DNA of 64,000 nt, taken from positions 83,599 to 147,598 of the forward strand of contig JBBARV010000002.1 of assembly GCA_040399625.1 (NCBI GenBank), written 5' to 3'. The notes under the pieces were generated by a model. It saw only the letters and a list, made by a program, of their open reading frames with translations, was not told the DNA's origin and searched no databases. This stretch comes from Candidatus Nanopelagicales bacterium (GTDB taxonomy: Bacteria > Actinomycetota > Actinomycetes > S36-B12). Below are positions 55,329-64,000 of the stretch, piece after piece. Numbering within the stretch: position 1 is the stretch's first letter; every line of letters starts with the position of its first letter. The position numbers and the translations under genes are program-made.

Positions 55329-55613
55329 CTAAGCCCCGCCGTCTCCAGCAGATTCTTGTGCGGGACCGCCAAATTCTGGACGGAGCACAATTTCGATCCG
55401 GTCTCCCGCGCCACACCAACGGCACGACACCGCAAGAACTTGATCCGAGGCGACCGCCCGCTCTTCTACGGTGACGTCACCGGCCATATCCGCATGCCAA
55501 AACTCCGTCACCGTGGACGCCCTTGTCACGTCAAAACGGGTGAGGTTGCCGCAGTGGGCGCAACGAAATCGCGATTGCGCATCCGGCAAGGAGAGGTTGG
55601 GGGTGTTTGTCAT
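55329..55613 (-). CDS. Small zinc-ribbon protein
   Basis: 94 aa with CAHCG ... CRWCG pairs spaced as in a zinc ribbon. Confidence 0.55.
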   Translation of the reverse strand: MTNTPNLSLPDAQSRFRCAHCGNLTRFDVTRASTVTEFWHADMAGDVTVEERAVASDQVLAVSCRWCGAGDRIEIVLRPEFGGPAQESAGDGGA

Positions 55614-55669
55614 GGCGCAACGCTATCCCCTATCAGTCAAAATCGTTCTTCGACTCATGCGCCAATCAC

Positions 55670-55691
55670 TGTCAGGGCTTAGCGTTAGTTT
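55670..55691 (+). promoter_or_regulatory. RecA-NDp/PafBC-like promoter motif upstream of the DEDD-GIY-YIG gene
   Basis: TGTCAGGG-cttagcgt-TAGTTT versus consensus tTGTCRgtg-N8-TAnnnT. The -10 ends 6 nt before GTG 55698, which suggests a leaderless mRNA. Confidence 0.45.
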
Positions 55692-57512
55692 GTGTCCGTG
55701 ACCATTCCACCCAATGCCTTGGCCGCGACACAACTATCACTCGCAGACCTGGGCACCCGGCTGGCCGACATTGTTTTCGTTGTGGTGGACCTCGAAACCA
55801 CAGGTGGGGCTGGCGTTGACGCCGGGATCACCGAAATAGGCGCTGTGAAGGTCCAAGGCGGAGAAGTAATTGGTGAGTTCACCACCCTGGTGAATCCAGG
55901 TTCAGCCATTCCACCATTTATCGCCGCATTGACCGGAATCACAGATTCAATGGTTTCGGGCTCGCCCGGTGTTCGCACGGCAGTGTCCATGTTTCTCGAC
56001 TTTGCCGGAGAGTGCGTCTTTGTTGCCCACAATGCCCCCTACGACATCGGATTTCTTAAAGGTGCCTGCGCTAAATTCGACATCAACTGGCCCAATAACA
56101 AAGTGATTGACACGGCACGAATTGCCCGGCTGGCACTTCACCGTGACGAGGTTCGCAATTGCAAACTCTCAACCCTCAGCGCATTTTTCAACACCGAAGT
56201 TGCGCCAACGCACCGCGCTTTCGACGATGCCCGCGCGACAACTGACGTAATGCACCGACTCTTTGAGCGCCTCGGGAATTACGGCGTGCACACCCTCGAA
56301 GATCTAAACGCATTCACTTCTCGGGTGAGTGATATTCAACGAAATAAAAAGAGTTTGGCCGATGGACTGCCGGCGAAACCGGGTGTCTACATTTTTGAGG
56401 ATCCACAGGGACGTCCGCTCTACATTGGTACATCTAAGAACATCCGCAACCGGGTTCGCACTTACTTCACTGCAGCGGAGAGTCGTCGCCGCATGTCTGA
56501 AATGATTGGGATTGCCCAAAACATTCGCCCCATCGTTTGTTCCACAATTCTTGAAGCAAAAATACGCGAATTGCGACTGATCGTTAGCGAACAACCTCGA
56601 TACAACCGACGCTCGCGGGCAGCAGACTCGGTTTCTTGGCTCAAGCTGACCGCAGAGCCAGCGCCGCGATTGATAATCACTAAACAATTGAAAGACGATT
56701 CAGCAGAAGGTGCACGCTATATCGGGCCATTCACATCCCGTGCTACTGCTAACTCCGCACTTGATGTAATCAACGAAACTATTTCCCTACGAACCTGCAC
56801 AACCAAGATTGCTGCTCAACCTCGCACTGATATCCCTGGCTGCGTTCGTGCCGAACTCGGAAAATGCATCGCACCATGTGTCCGCGAACATGACCGTGCG
56901 CAGTACTTAGACATTGTTAATCATGCATCAATCGCCATGTCGGGAAGTACTTCAAGAATCGTCACACACATAAATGCACTCATGGAAACCCTTGCTAATG
57001 CTGAAAGATTCGAAGAGGCAGCAGCTTGGCGTGAGGCCCTCGGACATTACGTCAATGCGGTCTTTCGCACGGAAAGACTGCGTTGGATTTCGACAACACC
57101 CGAACTCGTCGCAGCACAAAGCACGGTTGAGGGTGGGTGGGAAATTCACGTTATTCGCTACGGTCGGTTAGCCGCGGCGGGTGTTGTTGAAGCTGGTTTT
57201 GACCCGTGGCCCCACGTTGCCGCGTTGACAGCAAGTGCCGAATACGTTGAGCCAGGCATAGCGCCAGCACCAGCCGGAGTCACCGAAGAAGCATTCGATC
57301 TTCTGCGGTGGCTCGAAAGTGACGGTGTTCGCTTGGTGGCCAGCTCACATGATCTCTACATGCCAATTGATTGCGGTGGGAAAGAAACCATCCAACTCTC
57401 TGACGTACGCCGTGTTGTTAGTGAACGCCTTGCAGCCGTTATCGGACACCAACCATTGGGTCGTCCAGTCGGTCCTCGAGCACCTGGCGTTTCACGAATT
57501 ACCTACTTTTAA
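55692..57512 (+). CDS. DEDD (DnaQ-like) 3'-5' exonuclease fused to a GIY-YIG (UvrC-N-like) nuclease domain (Rv2191-like)
   Basis: Exo motifs VVVDLETTG, HNAPYDIGFL and HRAFDDARAT, then GIY-YIG PGVYIFEDPQGRPLYIGTSKNIRNRVRTYF. Start is GTG 55692 or 55698. Confidence 0.85.
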   Translation: MSVTIPPNALAATQLSLADLGTRLADIVFVVVDLETTGGAGVDAGITEIGAVKVQGGEVIGEFTTLVNPGSAIPPFIAALTGITDSMVSGSPGVRTAVSMFLDFAGECVFVAHNAPYDIGFLKGACAKFDINWPNNKVIDTARIARLALHRDEVRNCKLSTLSAFFNTEVAPTHRAFDDARATTDVMHRLFERLGNYGVHTLEDLNAFTSRVSDIQRNKKSLADGLPAKPGVYIFEDPQGRPLYIGTSKNIRNRVRTYFTAAESRRRMSEMIGIAQNIRPIVCSTILEAKIRELRLIVSEQPRYNRRSRAADSVSWLKLTAEPAPRLIITKQLKDDSAEGARYIGPFTSRATANSALDVINETISLRTCTTKIAAQPRTDIPGCVRAELGKCIAPCVREHDRAQYLDIVNHASIAMSGSTSRIVTHINALMETLANAERFEEAAAWREALGHYVNAVFRTERLRWISTTPELVAAQSTVEGGWEIHVIRYGRLAAAGVVEAGFDPWPHVAALTASAEYVEPGIAPAPAGVTEEAFDLLRWLESDGVRLVASSHDLYMPIDCGGKETIQLSDVRRVVSERLAAVIGHQPLGRPVGPRAPGVSRITYF

Positions 57513-58603
57513 AGATTTTTTACCTGTGCAACAACCGTGACCCATTTTTCAAAAACTTTCCACGCATTACCGCTTTCCAGGGCCGATGTGGCCAGGGGTA
57601 GGTGCGCGTTGATCCGGTCACTTAGTGATTCTAAACACTTCGCTGGATCTTGCACCGATGCCGCAGCAGCTAAAGCAGCAGCAGCATTGAGAGCAACTGC
57701 AAGTCGAATAGATGCAACAACTTCGGAATCAGCGCCCGGATCAATCCCGCCAAAAACTTTTCGGGTGAGCTCAGCATTGCGCTCTGGGCTTCCGCCCCGC
57801 AGGTGCTCTGAGCGAAAGCCCACAATTCCGAAATCCGCTGGATCCACGACGGTTTCAACCACCGCGCCGCTGGTCGTATCCCAGATCTGGGTGGGAGCTG
57901 AGAGCGAGATTTCGTCGAGTCCGTCCAGTCCTCGGACAACCAAAGCTCGAACCCCTCGCGCGGCCAATACGTTTGCCATGACCGGGGCCAGAACCAGGTT
58001 TGCGCAGCCAACTAAAGCCGCGTTGGCCAATGCCGGGTTGGTGAGTGGACCCAAAATATTGAACACCGTAGGGACTCCCAGCTGGGTTCGGGCCGGCCCG
58101 GCGAACCGCAGTGCTGGGTGGTGCTTGGGCGCAAAACAGAAGGCAATCCCAGCTTCCTGGGCAATCATTCCCACCTGTTCGGCACTGATGTCTAGGTCAA
58201 GTCCGAGGGCTTCGAGTAGATCAGCGGAGCCCGTTGAGCTCGAAAATGCCCGGTTTCCGTGTTTCACCACCGTCACACCACATGATGCAGCCACAACCGC
58301 CGCCATAGTGCTGATGTTGACCGAGTGGGACCCGTCCCCGCCCGTGCCAACGATGTCCAACACAACGGATATTTCGGGCGGGATCGGTACAAGATTGGCG
58401 AATTCCAACATGGTGGTCGCCAGCGCTGCCACCTGCTCGGGTGTTTCTCCCTTGATTTTGAGTCCAAAAGCAAATGCAGCAATTTGTGCATCGGTTGATC
58501 GACCGCTGAGTATTTCACGCATGGCCCAGTCAACTTGATTAGCAGACAGGGTGTGCGGCCCAGCGATATTGGCCAGAACAATTGACCAGCTGGTGCTTTC
58601 CAT
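57509..58603 (-). CDS. trpD: Anthranilate phosphoribosyltransferase
   Basis: 364 aa with DIVGTGGDGSHSVNIST and KHGNRA motifs. Confidence 0.92.
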   Translation of the reverse strand: MESTSWSIVLANIAGPHTLSANQVDWAMREILSGRSTDAQIAAFAFGLKIKGETPEQVAALATTMLEFANLVPIPPEISVVLDIVGTGGDGSHSVNISTMAAVVAASCGVTVVKHGNRAFSSSTGSADLLEALGLDLDISAEQVGMIAQEAGIAFCFAPKHHPALRFAGPARTQLGVPTVFNILGPLTNPALANAALVGCANLVLAPVMANVLAARGVRALVVRGLDGLDEISLSAPTQIWDTTSGAVVETVVDPADFGIVGFRSEHLRGGSPERNAELTRKVFGGIDPGADSEVVASIRLAVALNAAAALAAAASVQDPAKCLESLSDRINAHLPLATSALESGNAWKVFEKWVTVVAQVKNL

Positions 58604-58612
58604 GGGTAATTC

Positions 58613-59032
58613 CTAGGAAGTCAGGCTCAGCCGGGTTGCCAGCAGCCGGCTCACCGCTTGAGCGGTTGATACCGGCTCGATCGGCAATCCAACAACGGCA
58701 TCGGCGCGGGACCAGGTTGCCAGCCAGGCATCCTGTGGGCGAGCAATCAACACCAGCACCGGTGGGCATCGATAAAGTTCATCTTTAATTTGTCGAGCGA
58801 GACCCATCCCTCCAGCGGGCGTTGCCTCACCGTCGAGAATAAAGAGGTCGAATTTTCCTTTGTCGGCCGCCGAAATGAACCCGGGCTCGGTTGCCACCTC
58901 GGTGTACTCAACGGTGGGTAGGGCCATGGAAGGTCGGGGACCTAGTGCTGAGATGACGTCTGCGCGGGTCTTGCGGTTACTGCTGTAAATGAGCACGCGC
59001 AAGGGGTCTCGGGTGCCAGAATCTATTACCAC
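58613..59032 (-). CDS. Receiver (REC)-like single-domain protein with incomplete phospho-acceptor pocket
   Basis: 139 aa with a CheY-like alternating pattern. DLFILDGE carries the acceptor-Asp position, but the N-terminal acidic pair is SS (VLIYSSN) and the conserved Lys position appears to be Leu (VVGLPIEP). Confidence 0.55.
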   Translation of the reverse strand: MVIDSGTRDPLRVLIYSSNRKTRADVISALGPRPSMALPTVEYTEVATEPGFISAADKGKFDLFILDGEATPAGGMGLARQIKDELYRCPPVLVLIARPQDAWLATWSRADAVVGLPIEPVSTAQAVSRLLATRLSLTS

Positions 59033-59148
59033 TTTCGTACTCTATCCAGCAGAAAACGCACAATGAAAAACAGGCTCAGAAACGAGGCGAAAATCACTTT
59101 CGGATAAGAGGGGGTCAGAGAGAAATTTAGTTACCGATCTGCGAGAGT

Positions 59149-59760
59149 ATGGGTGTGGCTCAAGCAACCGTAATCCCGCAAGCGTATGACCATGCACCGG
59201 CGAACCGCCCCAACATGGTCTCAATTGGCACAATCGTCTGGCTCGCCAGCGAACTTATGTTCTTTGCGGCGCTCTTCGCCATGTATTTCACTATGCGAGC
59301 GGTCAACCCGGAACTGTGGGCCAATGAAACCCAAATTCTCAACATCCCCTTCGCCAGCCTCAACACCACGGTCCTGGTTCTGAGTTCAGTGACCTGTCAA
59401 CTCGGTGTCTTCGCCGCTGAGCGCGGTGATGTCAAGGGCTTGCGCCGCTGGTTCATCATTACGTTCCTAATGGGTGCTTTCTTCGTCGGCGGCCAGATCA
59501 CCGAATACACGGAACTGGTTCATGAGGGACTTACCATCTCATCCAATGCGTACGGCTCCGCCTTCTACATCACCACCGGCTTCCATGGAATGCACGTAAC
59601 CGGCGGCCTTATTGCGTTCTTACTGGTTCTAGCCACCACCTATGTGGCGAAACGTTTCACCCACGAACAAGCCACGCGGGCAATCGTCGTCTCCTATTAC
59701 TGGCACTTCGTTGACGTTGTATGGATTGCCCTCTTTTTTATGATCTACATCCTGAAGTAA
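59149..59760 (+). CDS. ctaE: Cytochrome c oxidase subunit III
   Basis: 203 aa with 5 TM helices and ...[15 protein letters not shown]...YWHFVDVVW motifs. Confidence 0.92.
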   Translation: MGVAQATVIPQAYDHAPANRPNMVSIGTIVWLASELMFFAALFAMYFTMRAVNPELWANETQILNIPFASLNTTVLVLSSVTCQLGVFAAERGDVKGLRRWFIITFLMGAFFVGGQITEYTELVHEGLTISSNAYGSAFYITTGFHGMHVTGGLIAFLLVLATTYVAKRFTHEQATRAIVVSYYWHFVDVVWIALFFMIYILK

Positions 59761-59796
59761 TTCTCGAAACACCATTTTTCAACAACCGAGAAAGGC

Positions 59797-60591
59797 TTGG
59801 CCCCTGTGAAGTTCATTACCGCTCGAAGGCGTAACCCCTTCGTCGCCGTCCTATTGCTTGTCGCGGCCCTCGGGGCTGTCGGAATCACTTTCTCTGCAGT
59901 GTCCAATATTGAGCCAGCCCAAGCAGCTATGGGTTCGCAAACCCAGGTCGAAGATGGGAAAAAGCTGTATCTCGAGGGTTGCAGTTCCTGCCATGCCCTG
60001 AACGCCCAAGGAGCGATGAACGGCCCATCACTGATCGGTGTCGGCGCTGCCGCTGTCCATTTCCAGGTGTCCACCGGCCGGATGCCGCTTGCCGCCCCCG
60101 GCGCCCAAGCGGTAGTCAAAGAACCCATCTACGACGTTGAGGAAGTTGCCGCGATGTCGGCCTATATCGCCTCGCTGGCCCCCGGCCCCGCAATTCCAAC
60201 GTCTGAGGATTTGGATTACTCCGGTGCTGATGTTGCTGAGGGTGGCGTCCTGTTCCGGATTAACTGCGCCCAGTGTCATCAGGCTGCTGGCCAAGGTGGG
60301 GCACTCACTCAAGGAAAGTACGCACCGAATTTAATGCAGGCTACTCCTCAGGAAATCTATGAGGCGATGGTGTCCGGTCCGCAGAGCATGCCAGTGTTTT
60401 CCAACGACACATTGCCCGTCAAAGACAAGCAGGCCATAACCGCTTACATCACAGCTTTACAGGAGTCCCCCAACCCCGGCGGACTCTCGCTCGGCCGAAT
60501 CGGTCCGGTCACTGAGGGTCTGTTCATGTGGATTGCCGTATTCGGCGCATTCATTGGTGCGGCAGTATGGATTGGAATTAAGGCCCGATGA
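59797..60591 (+). CDS. qcrC: Dihaem cytochrome c subunit of the bc1 complex
   Basis: Two CxxCH motifs (CSSCH, CAQCH), an N-terminal TM and a C-terminal TM anchor. TTG/GTG start. Confidence 0.9.
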   Translation: MAPVKFITARRRNPFVAVLLLVAALGAVGITFSAVSNIEPAQAAMGSQTQVEDGKKLYLEGCSSCHALNAQGAMNGPSLIGVGAAAVHFQVSTGRMPLAAPGAQAVVKEPIYDVEEVAAMSAYIASLAPGPAIPTSEDLDYSGADVAEGGVLFRINCAQCHQAAGQGGALTQGKYAPNLMQATPQEIYEAMVSGPQSMPVFSNDTLPVKDKQAITAYITALQESPNPGGLSLGRIGPVTEGLFMWIAVFGAFIGAAVWIGIKAR

Positions 60592-61664
60592 ACGAAATTA
60601 CTCCCAATTCTGGCGCAAACAGCGAAGCCGCAGGTGAGGGACATTCGTCTGCACCAGCAAAATTGGGTTACTCGCCCGTCGCTGAAATTCCACACCGGTT
60701 GCGGGTAACTGACACTGACCCAAAGGCAGCTCGTCGGGCAGAACGCCAAGTCGCAGCAATGTTCACGCTGTCGATGGTGTTCATAATGCTCTCTGTCATC
60801 GCATATGTGGTGATCGACAAATACGCCGTTGTTTATATCCCAGTCCTCGGGGACGTTGGAGCCAGCAACGTTGTCCTCGGGTTCACTTTTGGCATGGCAG
60901 TAGTCCTTATTGGCGCCGGCGCAATTCAATGGGCCAAAAAACTCATGCCAGACGTTGAAGTTGTTCAAGAGCGCCACGACATGGTCTCGGAAAAAGAAGA
61001 CGACAACCTCGCGATAGCAAACTACGAACGTGGAAAAGACGAGTCTGGATTCGCCCGCTATAAGTTGATCCGCCGCTCGCTCCTTGGCGCGATGGCGCTG
61101 CTTCCTATTCCCATCATCGTGGTACTGCGCGATTTGTGGATTACCCCTCCCGGTGAGAACCCAACCGAAATATTGACAACGACCATGTGGACAAAGGGCA
61201 AGCGGATCATCTCCGATGGAACTTATATGCCGATTCGCCCTGAAGATCTGCCCGTCGGTGGCCTTGTTTCAGCTCTCCCCGAAGGAATTCTTGAAGTTCA
61301 AGAAGAAGAACACAACCTCAATGCACGCGGTAAGGCCGCAATCATTCTGGTGCGCATGGATCCAGAGCAGATTCGCTCACAACAGGGTGAAGGCTGGGAT
61401 TACAACGGGATTTTGGCCTACTCAAAAATCTGCACCCACGTGGGTTGCCCGATTGCTCTTTATGAACAGCGCACCCATCATCTCCTGTGCCCATGCCACC
61501 AATCAACCTTTGATCTCGCCGATTCTGGTGCGGTAATTTACGGCCCAGCGGCCCGAAATATGCCGCAGTTGCCGATTTCGGTGGATGAGGAAGGATATTT
61601 GGTAGCAACACAAGATTTTGCCGTACCGGTCGGACCTAGTTTCTGGGAGCGAGATAAAGCATGA
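60588..61664 (+). CDS. qcrA: Rieske iron-sulfur subunit of the bc1 complex
   Basis: CTHVGCP ... CPCHQS Rieske 2Fe-2S boxes and three N-terminal TM helices. Confidence 0.92.
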   Translation: MNEITPNSGANSEAAGEGHSSAPAKLGYSPVAEIPHRLRVTDTDPKAARRAERQVAAMFTLSMVFIMLSVIAYVVIDKYAVVYIPVLGDVGASNVVLGFTFGMAVVLIGAGAIQWAKKLMPDVEVVQERHDMVSEKEDDNLAIANYERGKDESGFARYKLIRRSLLGAMALLPIPIIVVLRDLWITPPGENPTEILTTTMWTKGKRIISDGTYMPIRPEDLPVGGLVSALPEGILEVQEEEHNLNARGKAAIILVRMDPEQIRSQQGEGWDYNGILAYSKICTHVGCPIALYEQRTHHLLCPCHQSTFDLADSGAVIYGPAARNMPQLPISVDEEGYLVATQDFAVPVGPSFWERDKA

Positions 61665-63403
61665 GCACAACATTGGATCATCCGGTTGAGCAAGTTGGCG
61701 GGGTCACCGCCAAGTATGTCGATGAGCGTCTAGGGAGCAACAAGTTCCTTGGTCGCAACCTCGGCAAAGTGTTCCCCGACCACTGGTCATTCATGCTCGG
61801 TGAAATTGCCCTTTACTCATTTATCGTGGTACTTCTCACGGGTACGTTTTTGACCTTGTTCTACAACCCAAGCATGGTCGAGGTGGTCTACAACGGCTCC
61901 TACGTTCCACTCAAGGGTGTGCAGATGTCTGAGGCTTATGCCTCATCCCTTGACATATCATTTGAGGTTCGTGGTGGACTTTTGATTCGTCAAATGCACC
62001 ACTGGAGTGCGCTTATCTTTGTTGCCGCGATCGCGGTTCACATGTTCCGTGTCTTTTTCACGGGAGCTTTCCGCAAGCCCCGTGAATTCAACTGGCTCGT
62101 TGGCGTTGGGCTCACCGCACTCGCACTGGGTGCTGGTTTTACCGGCTACTCACTCCCCGACGACCTGCTCTCGGGTACCGGTCTTCAAATTATTCGTGGA
62201 ATCTTGCAGTCCATTCCCTTAATTGGTACCTGGGCCGCATTCCTAGTATTTGGAGGCGAGTTTCCGGGCACCGAAATTATTCCCCGACTGTATGCCGCCC
62301 ACATTCTGCTCATCCCCGGGATAATCCTGGCGTTGATCACAGTTCACCTCATGATGGTCTGGACCCAGAAGCACACCCAGTTCCCCGGACCAGGCCGCAC
62401 CAACACCAATGTCGTGGGCTACCCGCTCCTGCCCGTGTACATGGCCAAGGCCGGCGGATTCTTCTTCATCGTGTTCGGCATCATCGCCCTAATCGGTGGG
62501 TTGGTTACCGTGAATCCGATCTGGGTCTTTGGACCGTACACGCCCGATCAAGTCTCCGCGGGAACCCAGCCTGACTGGTATATCGGTTGGCTTGACGGAG
62601 CCCTGCGACTCATGCCCAACTGGGAAAGTGTGATCGCCGGATTCACCATCTCTTGGAACGTACTTATTCCATCGGTTGTGATCCCCGGAATCCTGTTCAC
62701 CGGCTTGGCGTTATACCCGTTCCTGGAAGCGTGGGCAACGGGTGACAAGCGCGAGCACAACCTGCTTGAGCGCCCCCGAAACGCTCCCGTTCGCACGGGG
62801 ATCGGCGTCGCAGCAATCGTCTTCTACGGAATTCTGTGGATTGGCGGTGGCAACGACGTTATCGCCGCAGCTTTTGACCTCTCCTTCAACACGCTGGCTT
62901 GGACGCTTCGAGTTGGATTGATTGCCCTCCCACCGATTGCATTCTTGGTTACAAAAAGAATTTGTCTAGGCTTGCAGCGCAAGGATCGCGAGAAGCTATT
63001 ACACGGCTACGAGTCTGGCCGGGTTCTACGCCTGCCCCACGGCGAGTTCATCGAGGTGCACCAGCCACTGAACTACAAAGAGTTGGCAGTTATCTCCGCG
63101 AAGGAAGACCTCCCCGTTCTTCCCGCGCCGGTCAAGATCGACGCGGATGGAGTTCGTAATCCCAACTACCGCATTGATCAACTTCGCCACAAGCTGTCGA
63201 GTTTCTTCTTGCGGGACAATATCGAGCGTCCAACCGATGCCGAGATTGAAGCGGGTCAAGCCCACGCAGCGCATAGTGCGGCCCTCGAAGCTCCACTGCA
63301 CGAGTACGAAGAACTAGACCAAGATCCAGTTGGTCACGGTGGCGTTCTACACCACCCCGGCATGCCAATGACCAACCAAGAACATGTTGATCAGAGACAG
63401 TAA
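61661..63403 (+). CDS. qcrB: Cytochrome b subunit of the bc1 complex
   Basis: 580 aa, polytopic, with haem-ligand histidines in the ...RQMHHWSA... and ...YAAHILLIPG... helices and a long actinobacterial C-terminal extension. Confidence 0.92.
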   Translation: MSTTLDHPVEQVGGVTAKYVDERLGSNKFLGRNLGKVFPDHWSFMLGEIALYSFIVVLLTGTFLTLFYNPSMVEVVYNGSYVPLKGVQMSEAYASSLDISFEVRGGLLIRQMHHWSALIFVAAIAVHMFRVFFTGAFRKPREFNWLVGVGLTALALGAGFTGYSLPDDLLSGTGLQIIRGILQSIPLIGTWAAFLVFGGEFPGTEIIPRLYAAHILLIPGIILALITVHLMMVWTQKHTQFPGPGRTNTNVVGYPLLPVYMAKAGGFFFIVFGIIALIGGLVTVNPIWVFGPYTPDQVSAGTQPDWYIGWLDGALRLMPNWESVIAGFTISWNVLIPSVVIPGILFTGLALYPFLEAWATGDKREHNLLERPRNAPVRTGIGVAAIVFYGILWIGGGNDVIAAAFDLSFNTLAWTLRVGLIALPPIAFLVTKRICLGLQRKDREKLLHGYESGRVLRLPHGEFIEVHQPLNYKELAVISAKEDLPVLPAPVKIDADGVRNPNYRIDQLRHKLSSFFLRDNIERPTDAEIEAGQAHAAHSAALEAPLHEYEELDQDPVGHGGVLHHPGMPMTNQEHVDQRQ

Positions 63404-63417
63404 CTAACTGTTATTTC

Positions 63418-63457
63418 GTTGGGCCCCCTGCACGAGCAGGGGGCCCAACTTATTTCT
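63418..63457 (+). terminator. Rho-independent terminator after qcrB
   Basis: The 13-bp stem GTTGGGCCCCCTG (63418-63430) pairs with CAGGGGGCCCAAC (63437-63449), with a 6-nt loop, followed by TTATTTCT. Confidence 0.85.
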
Positions 63458-63516
63458 GACTATGAGATGACCTATTTTCTACCGCTTTGTCGAACATTGT
63501 GTTTTATTGTGTTGAC

Positions 63517-63948
63517 ATGAAGAAAATATCTGGACTTATCCTGTCATTCATTGTTATCGCTACAGGTATCTCGGGGTGTAGCAATGACAAATCGGCCACA
63601 CCTGATCCAATCGGAAAAACGTACACGGCAAGTGAACTCACCGTTGACAGCGTTCTCACTCCCGCTGCCGAAGGGAGTTCTATTACGTTAACTTTTACCG
63701 AAGATGGTATTTCACTCATTGCTGGCTGTAACACCATATTTGGTGCTGCTACCTTGGCTGAAGGTGTTCTCACCGTCCCCGCCGGCAATTTGGGCTCAAC
63801 CATGATGGCTTGTCCAGAAATGCTCATGGCTCAGGATCAATCTTTAATCACCTTCTTCACCTCAAATCCGAAGTACACCCTCGACGGGTCGACATTGACC
63901 CTCACCTCTCCCACCACCACCATCGTGATGACTCAATCACCCAACTAG
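63517..63948 (+). CDS. META-domain (HslJ-like) lipoprotein
   Basis: MKKISGLILSFIVIATGISGC lipobox; ...LIAGCNTIFGAATL...GSTMMACPE... META pattern. The ORF track starts at 63487. Confidence 0.75.
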   Translation: MKKISGLILSFIVIATGISGCSNDKSATPDPIGKTYTASELTVDSVLTPAAEGSSITLTFTEDGISLIAGCNTIFGAATLAEGVLTVPAGNLGSTMMACPEMLMAQDQSLITFFTSNPKYTLDGSTLTLTSPTTTIVMTQSPN

Positions 63949-64000
63949 CAAATAATTTGGCATTCATGGGCGCATTTGGGCCCTAAGTGGCAGGCTTGAA

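Noticed and set aside
57537-58538. 333-aa ORF on the plus strand, fully antisense to trpD
   Set aside because: The composition is Ala/Ser/Pro/Arg/Thr-rich low-complexity, typical of the antisense frame of a GC-biased gene. trpD on the other strand has unambiguous family motifs, and this ORF shows no start context or family resemblance.
63496-63513. Direct repeat ATTGTGTT-tt-ATTGTGTT just upstream of the META lipoprotein ATG
   Set aside because: The repeats are only 8 bp long, in an AT-rich promoter region. That is too little to support any specific claim.
1-64000. Search by eye for tRNA, rRNA, CRISPR arrays, IS elements, integrases and phage genes
   Set aside because: No intergenic region is long enough, or shows cloverleaf or repeat-spacer structure. 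No ORF resembles a transposase, integrase or phage protein. None is reported.

Overview
This is a 64-kb chromosomal segment from an actinobacterium, at roughly 50-55% GC by eye (not computed). It is densely coding, with many 1-11 nt start/stop overlaps. From memory, the gene order follows the conserved actinobacterial backbone known from M. tuberculosis Rv2153c-Rv2196. That backbone runs: dcw cluster murG-ftsW-murD-mraY-murF-murE-ftsI-ftsL-like-rsmH-mraZ (18-12022, minus strand), DUF3040, polyprenyl synthase, PASTA Ser/Thr kinase, class II DAHP synthase, plsC, fadD, NlpC/P60 endopeptidase, DEDD-GIY-YIG nuclease, trpD, ctaE-qcrCAB (to 63403). Accessory or variable blocks are interleaved with it: a DUF3048 lipoprotein, a PPTase-DUF3293 fusion, a HelD-like RNAP-associated ATPase, a secretory lipase, an ACC deaminase locus, and two carotenoid blocks (cruF-GT2-crtD-like, and idsA-crtI-crtB plus a split lycopene cyclase). 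I found no rRNA, tRNA, CRISPR array, transposase or integrase. The most interesting locus is at 20819-26348 on the minus strand. A RecA-NDp/PafBC-type promoter motif sits directly upstream of a perfect LexA box. Behind them lie a long structured leader and a three-gene cassette: a SAV_6107-like HEPN-family protein, a DnaE-family polymerase with a degenerate PHP active site, and a catalytically intact Y-family Pol IV. This differs from the described imuA'-imuB-dnaE2 mutasome. A second RecA-NDp-like promoter precedes the DEDD-GIY-YIG nuclease gene. All function calls rest on motif and family recognition by eye; no searches were run.
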